Source: an uncultured Solirubrobacterales bacterium
Lineage (GTDB): Bacteria > Actinomycetota > Thermoleophilia > Solirubrobacterales > Solirubrobacteraceae
Direction of reading: 5' to 3'
DNA length: 64,000 nt
Assembly (NCBI GenBank): GCA_963757015.1
Contig: CAVWQA010000006.1
Coordinates: 69,399 to 133,398, forward strand
Shown: positions 29,896 through 40,643 of the stretch, piece by piece
Position numbering within the stretch: the first letter of the stretch is position 1
Layout: the number at the start of each line of letters is the position of its first letter
Notes under the pieces: model-generated
What the model saw: only the letters and a program-made list of their open reading frames with translations
Told to the model about the DNA's origin: nothing
Databases searched by the model: none
Translations under genes and position numbers: made by a program

Positions 29896-31761
29896 ATGAG
29901 GAGTAGTCCAGGCAACCTGGTCGCCTTGGCGGCCACAGGGTTGCTGGCCGTTGGCGTCGCAGCTTGCGGCGGCAGCAGCTCCAACACCGCGACTGGGGGC
30001 GGAGGGAACTCGTCTTCGTCCGCCGTACCATCAATCCCGCTCAAGGCGGGCGAGAATCCCAACAACCAGGTCCTGACCGGGTCGACCAAGAAGCGGGGCG
30101 GCACGTTGACCGTGTACTCGAGCGAGGACTTCGAGCACCTCGATCCGGGCGAGTCCTACTTCACCCAGGACTATGGGGTCGACTTCGTAACGCAGCGGCC
30201 GCTGTTCTCCTACAGGCCAAACACGGCCAGCACGGTCAGCGCGGACCTGGCCACCGAGGTCCCGACGACCGCCAACGGCGGCATCACCGACGGTGGGAAG
30301 ACCGTCACCGTCCACATCCGCAAGGGTGTGTTCTTCAGCCCGCCGGTCAACCGCGAGGTGACCTCGGCTGACGTCGCCTACGCGATCGAGCGTGGCGCCA
30401 ACCCGAACGTCGCCAACCCGTACTTCAACTCCTACTTCGGGGCCGGCGCGCCGGCGCCGCTGGTCGGGACGACGGCGAAGTACGCGGGTGGCCCGATCCC
30501 AGGAATCCAGACACCGAACAAGTTCACGATCGTGTTCCACACTGAGAAGCCGAGCGGTTCGTTCCTGGTCTCGGCGCTCAGCCTGCCGCTGTCGGCGCCC
30601 GTGCCGCAGAGCTTCGCCGGGCCGATGGACAAGCAGTCGCCGACAACCTACGGGACCAAGTACCTGGTGGCCACGGGCCCGTACATGATCCAGTCCAACC
30701 CCAAGACCGGACTGTTTCAGGGGATCGGCTATCAGACCGGCAAGTCGCTGACGCTGGTCCGTAACCCGAGGTGGAACCCGAAGACCGATTTCCGGCCCGC
30801 GTATCTGAACCAGATCAACTTCAAGATCGGCGGCGATGCGACGGTGATCGGCCAGCAGGTGCTCAAGGGCTCTGACTCGGTCCAGTTCGACACGCCGGCG
30901 CAGTCGGTCGTCAAGCTGGCCTATGAGTCCTATCCGGCTCAGATCACGTTCACGACCGGTTCGGGTGACCACTACGTGGCCCTCAACAACCACGCCGGGC
31001 CGTTCAAGAACGTCAATCTCCGTCGTGCGGTGTGGGCGAACCTCGATCGCGCCGCGATCGTCAAGTTGCGCGGCGGCTCGCTGACCTCTGAGCCGGCGAC
31101 GCACTTCATCTACCCGGGCGTCCAGGGCTTCTCGCAGTCCGGTGGCTATCCTGGCCCCCAGACACCGTGGAACAAGGACGTCAACGGCAACCTCAAGGTC
31201 GCCGAGCAGTACATGAAGGCGGCTGGATACAAGTCCGGCAAGTACACCGGTAACGCAACGGTGCAGATCGTCGGCGCCAACAACGGCAACGACCCGGCGA
31301 TCATCCAGAACCTGAACTCGGACTTCACCCAGTTGGGCTTCAAGACCCATGTCAGTGAAGTCGACCAGTCGGTCATGTACTCCAAGTACTGCGGCGTGCC
31401 AAAGCAGGAGATCGATGCCTGCCCCACTGTGGGGTGGGTGCGTGACTTCGCCGATCCGCTGACGGTGCTGTACGTGCCGTTCTACGGCCCGGCGATCGTG
31501 CCGACCAACAACTCCAACTGGGGTCAGGTCAACGATCCGCAGATCAACGCCGCGATGCAGAAGGCGGCGCTGGTCACGGATCCAACGGCTCGCGCGCAGG
31601 CTTGGGCGAACGTCGACAAGACGCTCGTCAATCAGGCCGTCGCGATCCCTGAGGATTTCGACAATCAGGCAAACATCGAGAGCAAGGACGTCGCCGGCGT
31701 CAACATGCTCTGGAACACAGGCACCTGGGATCTCGACTACACGTCACTGAAGAACCCATAG
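29896..31761 (+). CDS. Peptide ABC substrate-binding lipoprotein (family 5)
   Basis: Lipobox VAACG, LDPG, TSADV, ATGPY, RNPRW; SD GAGGAGG. Confidence 0.92.
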   Translation: MRSSPGNLVALAATGLLAVGVAACGGSSSNTATGGGGNSSSSAVPSIPLKAGENPNNQVLTGSTKKRGGTLTVYSSEDFEHLDPGESYFTQDYGVDFVTQRPLFSYRPNTASTVSADLATEVPTTANGGITDGGKTVTVHIRKGVFFSPPVNREVTSADVAYAIERGANPNVANPYFNSYFGAGAPAPLVGTTAKYAGGPIPGIQTPNKFTIVFHTEKPSGSFLVSALSLPLSAPVPQSFAGPMDKQSPTTYGTKYLVATGPYMIQSNPKTGLFQGIGYQTGKSLTLVRNPRWNPKTDFRPAYLNQINFKIGGDATVIGQQVLKGSDSVQFDTPAQSVVKLAYESYPAQITFTTGSGDHYVALNNHAGPFKNVNLRRAVWANLDRAAIVKLRGGSLTSEPATHFIYPGVQGFSQSGGYPGPQTPWNKDVNGNLKVAEQYMKAAGYKSGKYTGNATVQIVGANNGNDPAIIQNLNSDFTQLGFKTHVSEVDQSVMYSKYCGVPKQEIDACPTVGWVRDFADPLTVLYVPFYGPAIVPTNNSNWGQVNDPQINAAMQKAALVTDPTARAQAWANVDKTLVNQAVAIPEDFDNQANIESKDVAGVNMLWNTGTWDLDYTSLKNP

Positions 31762-31772
31762 CAAGCAAGGCG

Positions 31773-31812
31773 CTGAGGGGTTCCGCTGCATTGGCGGCGG
31801 GACCCCTCTCAG
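31773..31812 (+). terminator. Intra-operon stem-loop after the SBP gene (partial terminator or mRNA stabiliser)
   Basis: GGGGTTCCGCTGC-attg-GCGGCGGGACCCC 13-bp stem with two G-U pairs, flanked by CTGAG/CTCAG; no U tract. Confidence 0.6.
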
Positions 31813-31839
31813 TGCATACTTCCACTCGGACCTCGAGAT

Positions 31840-32803
31840 ATGGGCCGCTACATCATCCGCCGCATCCTCTGGGGCATCGTGCTGATCATCCTGGTCAGCG
31901 CGCTCACGTTCTTGTTGTTCAACGTGCTGCCGGGGGCCAACCCCGCGCAGCTGCGCGCCGGGCGCAACGCCAGTCCGAGAATCATCGCGCACATCACGAA
32001 GGAGCTGGGACTCGACCAGCCGGTCTACACCCAGTTCTACGACTACATGAAGGGGATCATCCTCCACTTCAACTTTGGCACCAGCTACTACACGGGCGCC
32101 TCGGTCCTGAGCCTGATCAAAGACCGGCTCCCGGCGACCCTCTCGCTGACCGTGGGTGCCGCGGTGCTCTGGCTGTCTGGCGGGGATCCCGGTGGGGATC
32201 ATCTCGGCGATCAAGCGGGGAAGCCTGCTCGACCGCAGCGCGATGGGGATCGCACTCGTGTTCGTGTCAATGCCGGTGTTCTGGTTTGGCCTGGTGATGC
32301 TGTTCCTGTTCGCCGACGACATCGGCCGCTTCCCGTTTCTCCCGGGCGCGAGCAGCTACGTTGGCCTCACGGTCAGCCCGGTGGACTGGTTTACGTCGCT
32401 GATCATGCCCTGGATCGTGCTCGCGGCGACGTCGGCCGCGATCTACTCGCGGCTGCTTCGCGGCAGCCTGCTCGAAGTGATGGGCGAGGACTACATTCGC
32501 ACGGCTCGGGCCAAGGGATTGCCCGAACGTCGGGTGATCTGGCACCACGGAGTGCGCTCGGCGATCACCCCGATCGTGACCATCTTCGGGCTCGACGTCG
32601 GCACCCTGCTGGGCGGAGCCGTTATCACCGAGACGGTCTTCGACATCCCCGGGATCGGGCGCCTGAACTACGATGCGATCGTCCATTCCGACTTTCCCAT
32701 CGTCCAGGGAACGGTGCTGCTCGCCGCGTTCTTCATCGTGTTCGCGAACATCGTCGTGGACATCTCCTACGCCTATCTCGATCCGCGGGTGCGCTACTCG
32801 TGA
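31840..32803 (+). CDS. Peptide ABC permease (OppB/DppB type); apparent +1 frameshift near 32176
   Basis: MGRYIIRRIL...RLPATLSL in frame 1; EDYIRTARAKGL and YAYLDPRVRY in the next frame. Confidence 0.88.
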
Positions 32804-32829
32804 CCCCGGGCCGGTCGGGACCGCTTGAG

Positions 32830-34048
32830 ATGACCGACCCGCTGCTGAGCGTCGAGGATCTGCGGGTCTCATTTCGGACCGACGACGGGATCGTCCACGC
32901 CGTCGACGGGATCAGCTACACGGTGCAACAGGGCAAGACGCTCGGGATCGTGGGCGAGTCGGGATCGGGCAAGACGGTCTCGTCGCTGACCACGCTGGGG
33001 CTGACCCGAGCGCCTAACGCGCTGATCGACGGAAAGATCATCTTCCAGGGCCACGACGTCGTGGCCATGTCCGACGATCAGCTGCGGCGCATCCGCGGCA
33101 ACGACGTGGCCATGATCTTCCAGGACCCGCTGTCGTCGCTTCACCCCTTCTACAAGGTCGGCGCCCAGCTCGTGGAGGCGATGCAGATCCACCGCAAGGT
33201 GTCGCGCTCGGCCGCGCGCGCCCGGGCCGCCGAGCTGCTCGAGCTGGTCGGGATCCCGGATCCCAAACGGCGTGTCGACCAATATCCGCACGAGTTCTCG
33301 GGCGGCATGCGCCAGCGCGCCATGATCGCGATGGCGCTCGCCAACGAGCCGACCCTGCTGATCGCCGACGAGCCGACGACCGCGCTCGACGTCACCGTGC
33401 AGGCGCAGATTCTCCACCTGCTCGAGGACCTGCAGAGACGGCTGGGGATGGCGATCATCATCATCACCCACGATCTCGGGGTGGTCGCCGAGATCGCCGA
33501 CGACATCGCGGTCATGTACGCGGGACGAATCGTCGAGCGCGGCACCACGCGAGGAGATCTTCAAGGCGCCCCAGCACCCCTACACCTGGGGGCTGCTGAA
33601 GTCGATCCCGCGGCTCGACGTTCCCCGCAACGAGGAGCTGGTGCCGATCTCAGGGCGGCCGCCGAGCCTGATCAACCGTCCCTCCGGATGCCACTTTCAC
33701 CCGCGCTGCCCGTACGCCCAGGAGTCCCACCGGCGCATCGATCCGCGGCTCCAGGCAACCGACGACAAGGGCGGCCATGCCGTCGCCTGCCTGCTTCAGC
33801 AATCGATTCGCAAACGCATCTGGGAGGGTCTGCAGGAAGGCCGCGATCCGAGTTCGCTGCAGCGGATTGCGTCGAGCGGGAACGGCGCCCCGGCCGTGGG
33901 GGGCGGAAAGGACGTCCCGGCCACGGCGAGCGCAAACGACGCACCGGCTGTTGCGGGTGACGCCGAGGCACCGGCTCTGGCCAGCGAGCCGGGCCCATCG
34001 ATTCCCGCGTCGGAAACCCGCAGGCCCGCGCAGGAGGCCGATTCGTGA
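32830..34048 (+). CDS. Peptide ABC ATP-binding protein (OppD type); apparent +1 frameshift near 33550
   Basis: [24 protein letters not shown]; PQHPYT...GCHFHPRCP continues in the shifted frame. Confidence 0.88.
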
Positions 34049-35136
34049 CCGCCCTGGTCGAGGTCAAGGACCTCGTCAAGCACTTCCCGATCAAGCGCGG
34101 GATCGTCTTTCAGAAGCAGATCGGGGCCGTCAAGGCCGTCGACGGGGTGTCGTTCGATGTCGAGCGGGGCGAGGCATTGGGGATCGTGGGTGAGACAGGG
34201 TGCGGCAAGAGCACGACCGCCCGTCTTTTGTGCCGGCTGATGGATCCGACCTCCGGCTCGATCAAGGTCGACGGAAACGAGATCGCCGACCGCAAGGGCG
34301 ACGACCTCAAAGCGCTGCATCGCGACATGCAGATGGTCTTTCAAGATCCCTACTCGTCGCTGAACCCGCGCAAGACGGTGGGCTCGATCATCTCTGATCC
34401 CTTCGTGATCCACGGGCTGTACACGGAACGTGGCGAGCGCAAGCGCCGGGTCCAGGACCTGATGGACCACGTCGGTCTCAACCCCGAGCACTACAACCGC
34501 TACCCGCACGAGTTCTCCGGCGGCCAGCGACAGCGCATCGGGGTCGCGCGGGCGATCGCCTTGGAGCCCAAGCTGTTGATCGCCGATGAGCCGGTCTCGG
34601 CCCTGGACGTCTCAATCCAGGCTCAGGTGCTCAACCTGCTTCGCGAGCTGCAGCGCGACCTCGGCCTGACCCTGATCTTCATCGCTCATGATCTGTCAGT
34701 CGTGCGCCACATGTGCGACCGGGTGGCGGTCATGTACCTGGGCAAGATCGTCGAGCTGGCGCCCGGCGATGTCCTCTACCACCGCCCCCGTCACCCCTAC
34801 ACCGGCGCGCTGCTGTCGGCGGTCCCGGTCCCCGATCCGACCGGTGGCAAGCGTGAGCGCCAGCTGCTCACCGGAGACGTGCCCAGCCCCGCCAACCCCC
34901 CGGCGGCATGCCGGTTTCACACCCGCTGCCCCAAGGCCCAGGCAATCTGCTCGCAGGAGGAACCGCCGCTGGAGCGCAAGGCGGGCGGCGGGATAGCCGC
35001 GTGTCACTTCCCCTTGACCGATGAGGAGATCACCGCCCGGCTGCCGCTGGCGCTGAGCGGTGGCGGCGATCACTCCGCGCCGGTCGCTTCTTCCTCGTCG
35101 TCGGCTTCTTCGCCGTCTGCCTCGTCCTCGACGTAG
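34045..35136 (+). CDS. Peptide ABC ATP-binding protein (OppF type)
   Basis: [33 protein letters not shown]. Confidence 0.94.
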   Translation: MTALVEVKDLVKHFPIKRGIVFQKQIGAVKAVDGVSFDVERGEALGIVGETGCGKSTTARLLCRLMDPTSGSIKVDGNEIADRKGDDLKALHRDMQMVFQDPYSSLNPRKTVGSIISDPFVIHGLYTERGERKRRVQDLMDHVGLNPEHYNRYPHEFSGGQRQRIGVARAIALEPKLLIADEPVSALDVSIQAQVLNLLRELQRDLGLTLIFIAHDLSVVRHMCDRVAVMYLGKIVELAPGDVLYHRPRHPYTGALLSAVPVPDPTGGKRERQLLTGDVPSPANPPAACRFHTRCPKAQAICSQEEPPLERKAGGGIAACHFPLTDEEITARLPLALSGGGDHSAPVASSSSSASSPSASSST

Positions 35137-35729
35137 AGCGACTCGACGGCGAGCTCGGTCCCGCGCTTGTCCCACAGCTTGACCTCGAGAAAGTCCGAGC
35201 GGTAGTTGTCGGGCGCCAGCAACGTGAAGCGCTCTTCGACGAGCTCGCACTGATCGACGGCCAGGTTGGCGAGCTCGGCGGTGACCACAGCGCCGCCGGG
35301 GATCAGCGGCGTGCCCCAGACGAGCGTCATGTCGGCGGACTTGCCCTGCTCGCCCCGCCACATGGCAACCACGTCATCGTTGAGGTCCAGCTTCCAATCT
35401 GGATTGCTCTCGGCGAGCTCTGAGGTGAAATCGGCCCGGGCTTCGAAGTCGCTGGGGCCGCCCGAGCCCTCGCTGAAGGACACGAACCCGAACAGCTCAA
35501 AGCCGCCCGTCGTGCGCGCGACTGCGGGCACGTAGGTACGACCGCCAAAGCTGCGATCGGGAAACCAGGCGATGTCCCCTGGCGTACCGAGGTCTTCGCC
35601 CTCGGCGTCGATCTCCCGCACGGCGGCCAGGAAATACTCGCGCAGCGTGTCCGCCCACCGACCGTAGGGAAGCGGCTCCTGCGGGGGCTCGGCGGCGTAG
35701 CTGATCACAAACCGGTCGGTCGGGGGCAT
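35070..35729 (-). CDS. Hypothetical protein with acidic C-terminal tail
   Basis: Coding-like codon usage, ATG 10 nt after a TAGGCT hexamer; overlaps the 3' end of the convergent oppF-like gene. Confidence 0.7.
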   Translation of the reverse strand: MPPTDRFVISYAAEPPQEPLPYGRWADTLREYFLAAVREIDAEGEDLGTPGDIAWFPDRSFGGRTYVPAVARTTGGFELFGFVSFSEGSGGPSDFEARADFTSELAESNPDWKLDLNDDVVAMWRGEQGKSADMTLVWGTPLIPGGAVVTAELANLAVDQCELVEERFTLLAPDNYRSDFLEVKLWDKRGTELAVESLYVEDEADGEEADDEEEATGAE

Positions 35730-35786
35730 GCGAGGCGAGAGCCTACAGGCGTCCGGCGTTGGCAAGTGCCCGGGGAGGGCGGCGAG

Positions 35787-37304
35787 TCAGAAGGCTCCCC
35801 GCCTGGTGAGCACGGCGGGGATCGTCTTGAGCAGGATCGACAGGTCCAGGAACACCGACCAGTGCTCCAGGTACAGGAAGTCCAGGCGCACGAGATCGTC
35901 GAAGTCGAGCTCGGCGCGGCCCGACACCTGCCACAGGCCGGTGATCCCGGGCAGCACGAGGTAGCGCTTCTTGTGCCACTCCTCGAGCCGCGTGAAGTCG
36001 CGCATCGGCAACGGACGCGGGCCCACCAGCGACATCTCGCCCCGGATCACGTTGACCAGCTGCGGCAGCTCGTCGAGCGAGAACCTCCGCAGCAGGCGGC
36101 CCACCGACGTCAGCCGGGGGTCCCGTCGGATCTTGAACAGGGCCCCCGAGGACTCGTTGAGCGGCTCGAGATCGTCCTGGATCTGGTCGGCGTGTTCGCG
36201 CATCGTGCGGAACTTGAAGCATTCAAAGGGGACACCGGCCATCCCGGGGCGGATCGAGCGGTAGACGATCGGGCCGCGAGAGCTGAGCTTGATGGCCGCG
36301 GCGATCGCGAGCAGCACGGGCGACAGCACGAACAGCAGCACGGAGGCAAGCACTAGATCGAAGGTGCGCTTGAGCGCGTAGTCGACGCCCTCGAACACCG
36401 GCGGACGCAGGGTGAACAGCGGCACCGACTCGCCGGCGACGAACTCAGCGCGATCGATCAGGATCTCCATCGTCGAAGGCGCGACGACGACGGTCACGCC
36501 CCGCTGGTGACAGCGGTCGACGAGATCCAGCGCGCGCTCCTGCGGAAAGTCGGGATCGGCGATGATCACCTCCTGGATCCGCTCGCGGGCGAGGATCTCG
36601 GTCAGCTGGTCGAGGTTGCCCAGCGAGCGCATCCCGTTCTCGGGACGGGGGGTGAGCGAAACGAAGCCGATCAGGTCAACGCGCTGACGCGACCCGCCCA
36701 GCGCATGCGCTACGGCCTCGATGTGGCTGCCTGAACCCACCAGCATGGCGCGACGCCGCAGACCGGCGCGCTCGAGGAGCACGCCGGTGACGCGCGTGAA
36801 CAGCGCCCGCAGGGTACCGATGTAGACGACGGCGAAGAACAGGGAGCCATAGAAGATGTAGTAGCTGTTGAAGTGATCGCCGTTGGCGAGCGTGAACACC
36901 AGCGCGATGACCGTGACCCAGAACAGCGCCGAGGCGATCTTGGCCAGCCCGGGGCGGCGCGGCCGGTCTGCATACAGGTCCACGCGGGCGAACATCAGGA
37001 CGGTCACCAGGTAGGCGAAGGCCAGCGTGGGACGGGTGTCGTCCCAGGCCGCCTGGAGGGAGGGCGTGCCGTGCAGGGCGAGCTTGAGGAGCAGCGCGGT
37101 GAACAGCGCCGCCGTGACGCCGATGAAGTCGAGCGCCAGCAGGAGCACCACGCGGGTCAGCCGCCGCAGCGTCTCCACCCGGAGCAGGAAGGTCAACAGC
37201 GGCGGGCGCTTGCGCCTGACATCGCGGTCGGGAAAATAACCCGCCGGCGAGTCGCCCTGCGAGCCGTTGGTCCGGCGTTCGATGACCTCGTTTTGGTCGA
37301 TCAC
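35787..37304 (-). CDS. Polyprenyl-phosphate sugar-1-phosphate transferase (WcaJ/CpsE/WbaP family)
   Basis: LKRTFD, KFRTM, DPRLT, LDELPQLVNV, MSLVGPRP, PGITGLWQV. Confidence 0.95.
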   Translation of the reverse strand: MIDQNEVIERRTNGSQGDSPAGYFPDRDVRRKRPPLLTFLLRVETLRRLTRVVLLLALDFIGVTAALFTALLLKLALHGTPSLQAAWDDTRPTLAFAYLVTVLMFARVDLYADRPRRPGLAKIASALFWVTVIALVFTLANGDHFNSYYIFYGSLFFAVVYIGTLRALFTRVTGVLLERAGLRRRAMLVGSGSHIEAVAHALGGSRQRVDLIGFVSLTPRPENGMRSLGNLDQLTEILARERIQEVIIADPDFPQERALDLVDRCHQRGVTVVVAPSTMEILIDRAEFVAGESVPLFTLRPPVFEGVDYALKRTFDLVLASVLLFVLSPVLLAIAAAIKLSSRGPIVYRSIRPGMAGVPFECFKFRTMREHADQIQDDLEPLNESSGALFKIRRDPRLTSVGRLLRRFSLDELPQLVNVIRGEMSLVGPRPLPMRDFTRLEEWHKKRYLVLPGITGLWQVSGRAELDFDDLVRLDFLYLEHWSVFLDLSILLKTIPAVLTRRGAF

Positions 37305-37406
37305 TTCCCGTCCAGGGGCAGGCGCATCCCGCCTCCCATTGCTAACGGTATCTGTCCCACGAAGTTACGGCTAAGCTCAGGCGCGCCTGGGCCCTGCCGA
37401 CCAGGC

Positions 37407-39824
37407 TCAGCGCGCCGGCCCGACCAGACCCTCGGGTCCCGAGCGCTCGATCGTGCGCCGCAAGCCCTCGGGCAGCGCCACCTCGGGCTCCCAGCCGAGC
37501 ACCTCCCGGGCGAGCGAGATATCTGGCTGTCGCACCTGGGGATCGTCGGTGGGCAGCGCCTCGAACACGATCTGCGAGCTCGAGCCAGTGGCAGAGATCA
37601 CCTCCTTGGCCAGTTCCAGCAGCGTGAATTCGTTCGGATTGCCGATGTTGACCGGGTCGTGATACCCCGATTCGGCCAGCGCGATGATGCCTCGGATCAG
37701 ATCGTCGACATAGCAGAACGAGCGCGTCTGCGACCCGTCGCCGAACACCGTGATCGGACGATCCTGCAGCGCCTGGCGCAGGAAAGTGGGGATCGCCCGG
37801 CCATCGTAAGGCCTCATTCGACTCCCATAGGTGTTTTTGGCCCACACGCCGGTCCCGGCCCAGAAGTTCTCGGGGCCGGGGACTGAGAAGTCATACACGA
37901 GCTCGGTCGCGGGCACCTCCTCGATCGTCCGGATCGGCGCCCACACCAGGTCGCCGGTGACGCGAGCGGCGAGGCGCTGGACGACGCCCCGGTCCCATTC
38001 GAGCGGGCTCCAAGGAGAGACGCTCCCGATCTGGAGAGCCCAGAACGGATAGCGACGCTCCCCGGTCTTGCGCTTAAAGGTCGTCTCGTGATGCCCGACT
38101 GACGGAACGAGCCCGAACCGGGCCAGCGCGACGATCAGATCGTCCTTGAGCTCGTCGTGCACGGTCACGAACTGATGCTTGACGCCGGCCGCCAGGACCT
38201 TGCCCGAATGCACCCCATCGCCTTTCCGGTATCCCTCGATGAACCACTTCAGGCGGCTCAGCGGCAGTCCCAGGATCCAGCCCGGGATCCGCTTGCGATT
38301 GCCCGCGAAGCCGAGGAAGTCCATCAGCCTGAGCAGCAGCTTGGAGTGCACGAACAGCGACGCGGCGCGTGCCTGCGAGGCTCGAGAGCGTATGTCGTGC
38401 AATCCGAACGCGCGCTCGATGATCGCCGCCGCGCGGTCGAGCGTGGCGTCGTCACAGCTGAGCGTTAGGTACGCATCGTTGACACGCTCATGCCAGGAAC
38501 CCTCGGCGACCCACAGGCCGAGCAGCCACAGCACATCATCGGTGATCTCGACGTGGGCGGGCATGGCGACGTGGCGCCCGGCGAGACGTCTGCGAATCTT
38601 CGCTCCCTCGGGCATGTCGAGGCCCAGCCGCCAGAAGCACGGCAGCGGAAGCCGGTCGGACTGGCGCATGCGGATGATCTTCGTCCACGCTCCGTTGCGC
38701 CAGTTGGGGCCCGCGTTGCGGCGCTCGGAGACCAGCTTTCCGAACAGGTCGAACCGCCGCTCCCAAGCGCATTCGCCGAGTCCAGAGGCCTCGACGCTCA
38801 GCTCCCAGGGGTCGCCCTCGTGCCAGCGCCAGACCTCGAGCATCGAGATCCAGCGCCGGTCGCGCTCGGGCACCTCCAGACGGCGGGCGATCGCAATCCG
38901 GTCACCGACCTCGAGCTCGCCGGCGGGCTTGGCGACGGGCTCGCTGTCAGCCCCTTCGGCGAAAACGGAGTGATGGCCGGTCACCCGGATCGAACGTCCG
39001 TAGCGCGTGCGGATCTCGTAACAGCGCTCGTCGGTGGGATGGGCGATGAGCGCCTGCGCGGGCGCCGCGATCGACCGGCCGTCGGCGTTGAAGGCGGGCA
39101 CGGTGACGTACTCGAGCGGATACTCCATCGCCGGAGAGAAGCCGGCGTCGAGCAAGGCCGTGCGGCCCGCTCGAGGACGCGACTTCGGCACGTAGCCCGC
39201 GGCGACGGCGTAGCTCGCCAGGCGGGCGGCGACGTCTGAGACCTTCTCGCGCCGTAGCTCGCGGCCGTCGTCATAGACCACCTGCTCGTCGGCCAGGATC
39301 GAGTTGAAGATGCGCACGATCGCCGTGTCCACGCCCTGCTGGCGGTGGTAGGCCATCGTAAGGGCCTCGGCATAGCGCTTGGCCTCGTCGTAGACCCCGC
39401 GCGGCCCGATCGGGTTGACGTGGCCCCAGTAGCTCTCGGGCTGCGGGTGGACCTGCGGGTCGCCGTAGACCTCGCTCGTCGAGGCGGTGAGAAAGCGCGC
39501 CCGGTGCAGCTTGGCCAGCCCCAGCGTGTGATGGGTGCCATAGGAACCAACCTTGAGCGTGTGCAGCGGCAGCCGCAGATAGTCGATCGGAGAGGCCGGC
39601 GAGGCCAGGTGGTAGACGAAATCGATCCGCTCGTCGACGTAGTAGGCCTCGATGATGTCGAGGTTGCGATGGACGAAGTTCTCGCTCCGGATGTGCTCGA
39701 TGTTGGCCAGCGACCCGGTCTCGAAGTTGTCGACGCAGATCACCCGGTTGCCGCGGGCCAGGAGCTCGTCGCAGAGGTGAGAGCCGAGGAAACCGGCGCC
39801 CCCAGTGACCAGGCAGGTTGCCAT
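37407..39824 (-). CDS. UDP-glucuronic acid decarboxylase (extended SDR), intein-containing
   Basis: [38 protein letters not shown]|...|[23 protein letters not shown]; 315 aa after intein removal. Confidence 0.93.
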   Translation of the reverse strand: MATCLVTGGAGFLGSHLCDELLARGNRVICVDNFETGSLANIEHIRSENFVHRNLDIIEAYYVDERIDFVYHLASPASPIDYLRLPLHTLKVGSYGTHHTLGLAKLHRARFLTASTSEVYGDPQVHPQPESYWGHVNPIGPRGVYDEAKRYAEALTMAYHRQQGVDTAIVRIFNSILADEQVVYDDGRELRREKVSDVAARLASYAVAAGYVPKSRPRAGRTALLDAGFSPAMEYPLEYVTVPAFNADGRSIAAPAQALIAHPTDERCYEIRTRYGRSIRVTGHHSVFAEGADSEPVAKPAGELEVGDRIAIARRLEVPERDRRWISMLEVWRWHEGDPWELSVEASGLGECAWERRFDLFGKLVSERRNAGPNWRNGAWTKIIRMRQSDRLPLPCFWRLGLDMPEGAKIRRRLAGRHVAMPAHVEITDDVLWLLGLWVAEGSWHERVNDAYLTLSCDDATLDRAAAIIERAFGLHDIRSRASQARAASLFVHSKLLLRLMDFLGFAGNRKRIPGWILGLPLSRLKWFIEGYRKGDGVHSGKVLAAGVKHQFVTVHDELKDDLIVALARFGLVPSVGHHETTFKRKTGERRYPFWALQIGSVSPWSPLEWDRGVVQRLAARVTGDLVWAPIRTIEEVPATELVYDFSVPGPENFWAGTGVWAKNTYGSRMRPYDGRAIPTFLRQALQDRPITVFGDGSQTRSFCYVDDLIRGIIALAESGYHDPVNIGNPNEFTLLELAKEVISATGSSSQIVFEALPTDDPQVRQPDISLAREVLGWEPEVALPEGLRRTIERSGPEGLVGPAR
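37833..39302 (-). mobile_element. Intein (490 aa) with LAGLIDADG homing endonuclease
   Basis: Starts SILADE; block B VTGHHSVF; [10 protein letters not shown] and [10 protein letters not shown] motifs; block [13 protein letters not shown]; ends WAKN followed by Thr+1. Confidence 0.92.
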
Positions 39825-39938
39825 CGGCCCGAAATCTAGCGAGCTGTGGGAGGGCGCGCTGTCCCGGCAGCGTGTGCGAACCGCCGCCAGCGCCCCATCA
39901 GCCGGGCCGATGGTGCCATGTAGCATTCCACATTGCAC

Positions 39939-40602
39939 ATGAGCAGCCATATCGCCGCGATCAGCGCGGGGAGCCTTCGAGACCAGGTCAGGCGCTCGCT
40001 CGAAGCGGCGATGGTCGCTGGCGAGCTCGCGCCCGGGCAGCTCTACTCCGCGCCCGCCCTCGGCGCGCGCTTCGGGGTCTCGGCCACACCTGTGCGCGAG
40101 GCGATGCTCGATCTCGCCAAGGACGGTTTCGTGGTTGCCGAGCGCAACCGGGGGTTCCGGGTGGTCGAGATGTCCGAGGTCGACCTCGACGAGATTTGCC
40201 AGATTCGCCTGCTGCTCGAGGTGCCGACCACGGTTGCGGTGGCCAAGATCATCACGCCCGAGGTGCTCGACCAGTTGGCCGCGATCGCCGACGAGATCGT
40301 CGCTGCCGCCGCCCGAGCCGACCTGATCGAGTACCTGGATTCCGATCGGCGCTTCCACGGTCTGCTCATCTCCCAGCTGGGCAACGACCACCTGACTGAC
40401 CTGGTCGATCGCATGCGCCGCCAGACGCGGCTGTCTGGCCTGCAAGCGCTCGCCGTGTCGGGGCGCTTGGTCGCCTCGGCACAGGAGCACCACGCGCTCG
40501 TCGAGTCGATGCGAGCGCGAGATGGGGCTGCCACTCAGGAGGCTGATCGACTCGCACATCAGGCACATCCGCGGCCTGTGGGTGGGCCGCGACGAGAGGT
40601 AG
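39939..40602 (+). CDS. GntR/FadR-family regulator; apparent +1 frameshift near 40540
   Basis: [18 protein letters not shown] domain (DRRFH, EHHAL); shifted frame gives [20 protein letters not shown]. Confidence 0.88.
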
Positions 40603-40643
40603 GCCGCATCGCCTGACACGCTCGCGAACGCGGCCTGTGCTAC

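Noticed and set aside
31840-33960. 706-aa permease-ATPase fusion ORF in the track
   Set aside because: Artifact of the +1 frameshifts in the oppB-type and oppD-type genes; the middle and end are out-of-frame sequence
39825-40619. N-terminal extension making a 1070-aa ORF
   Set aside because: It is the antisense of the GntR gene; the real start is ATG 39824 (MATCLVTGG) with a TAGATT hexamer 8 nt upstream
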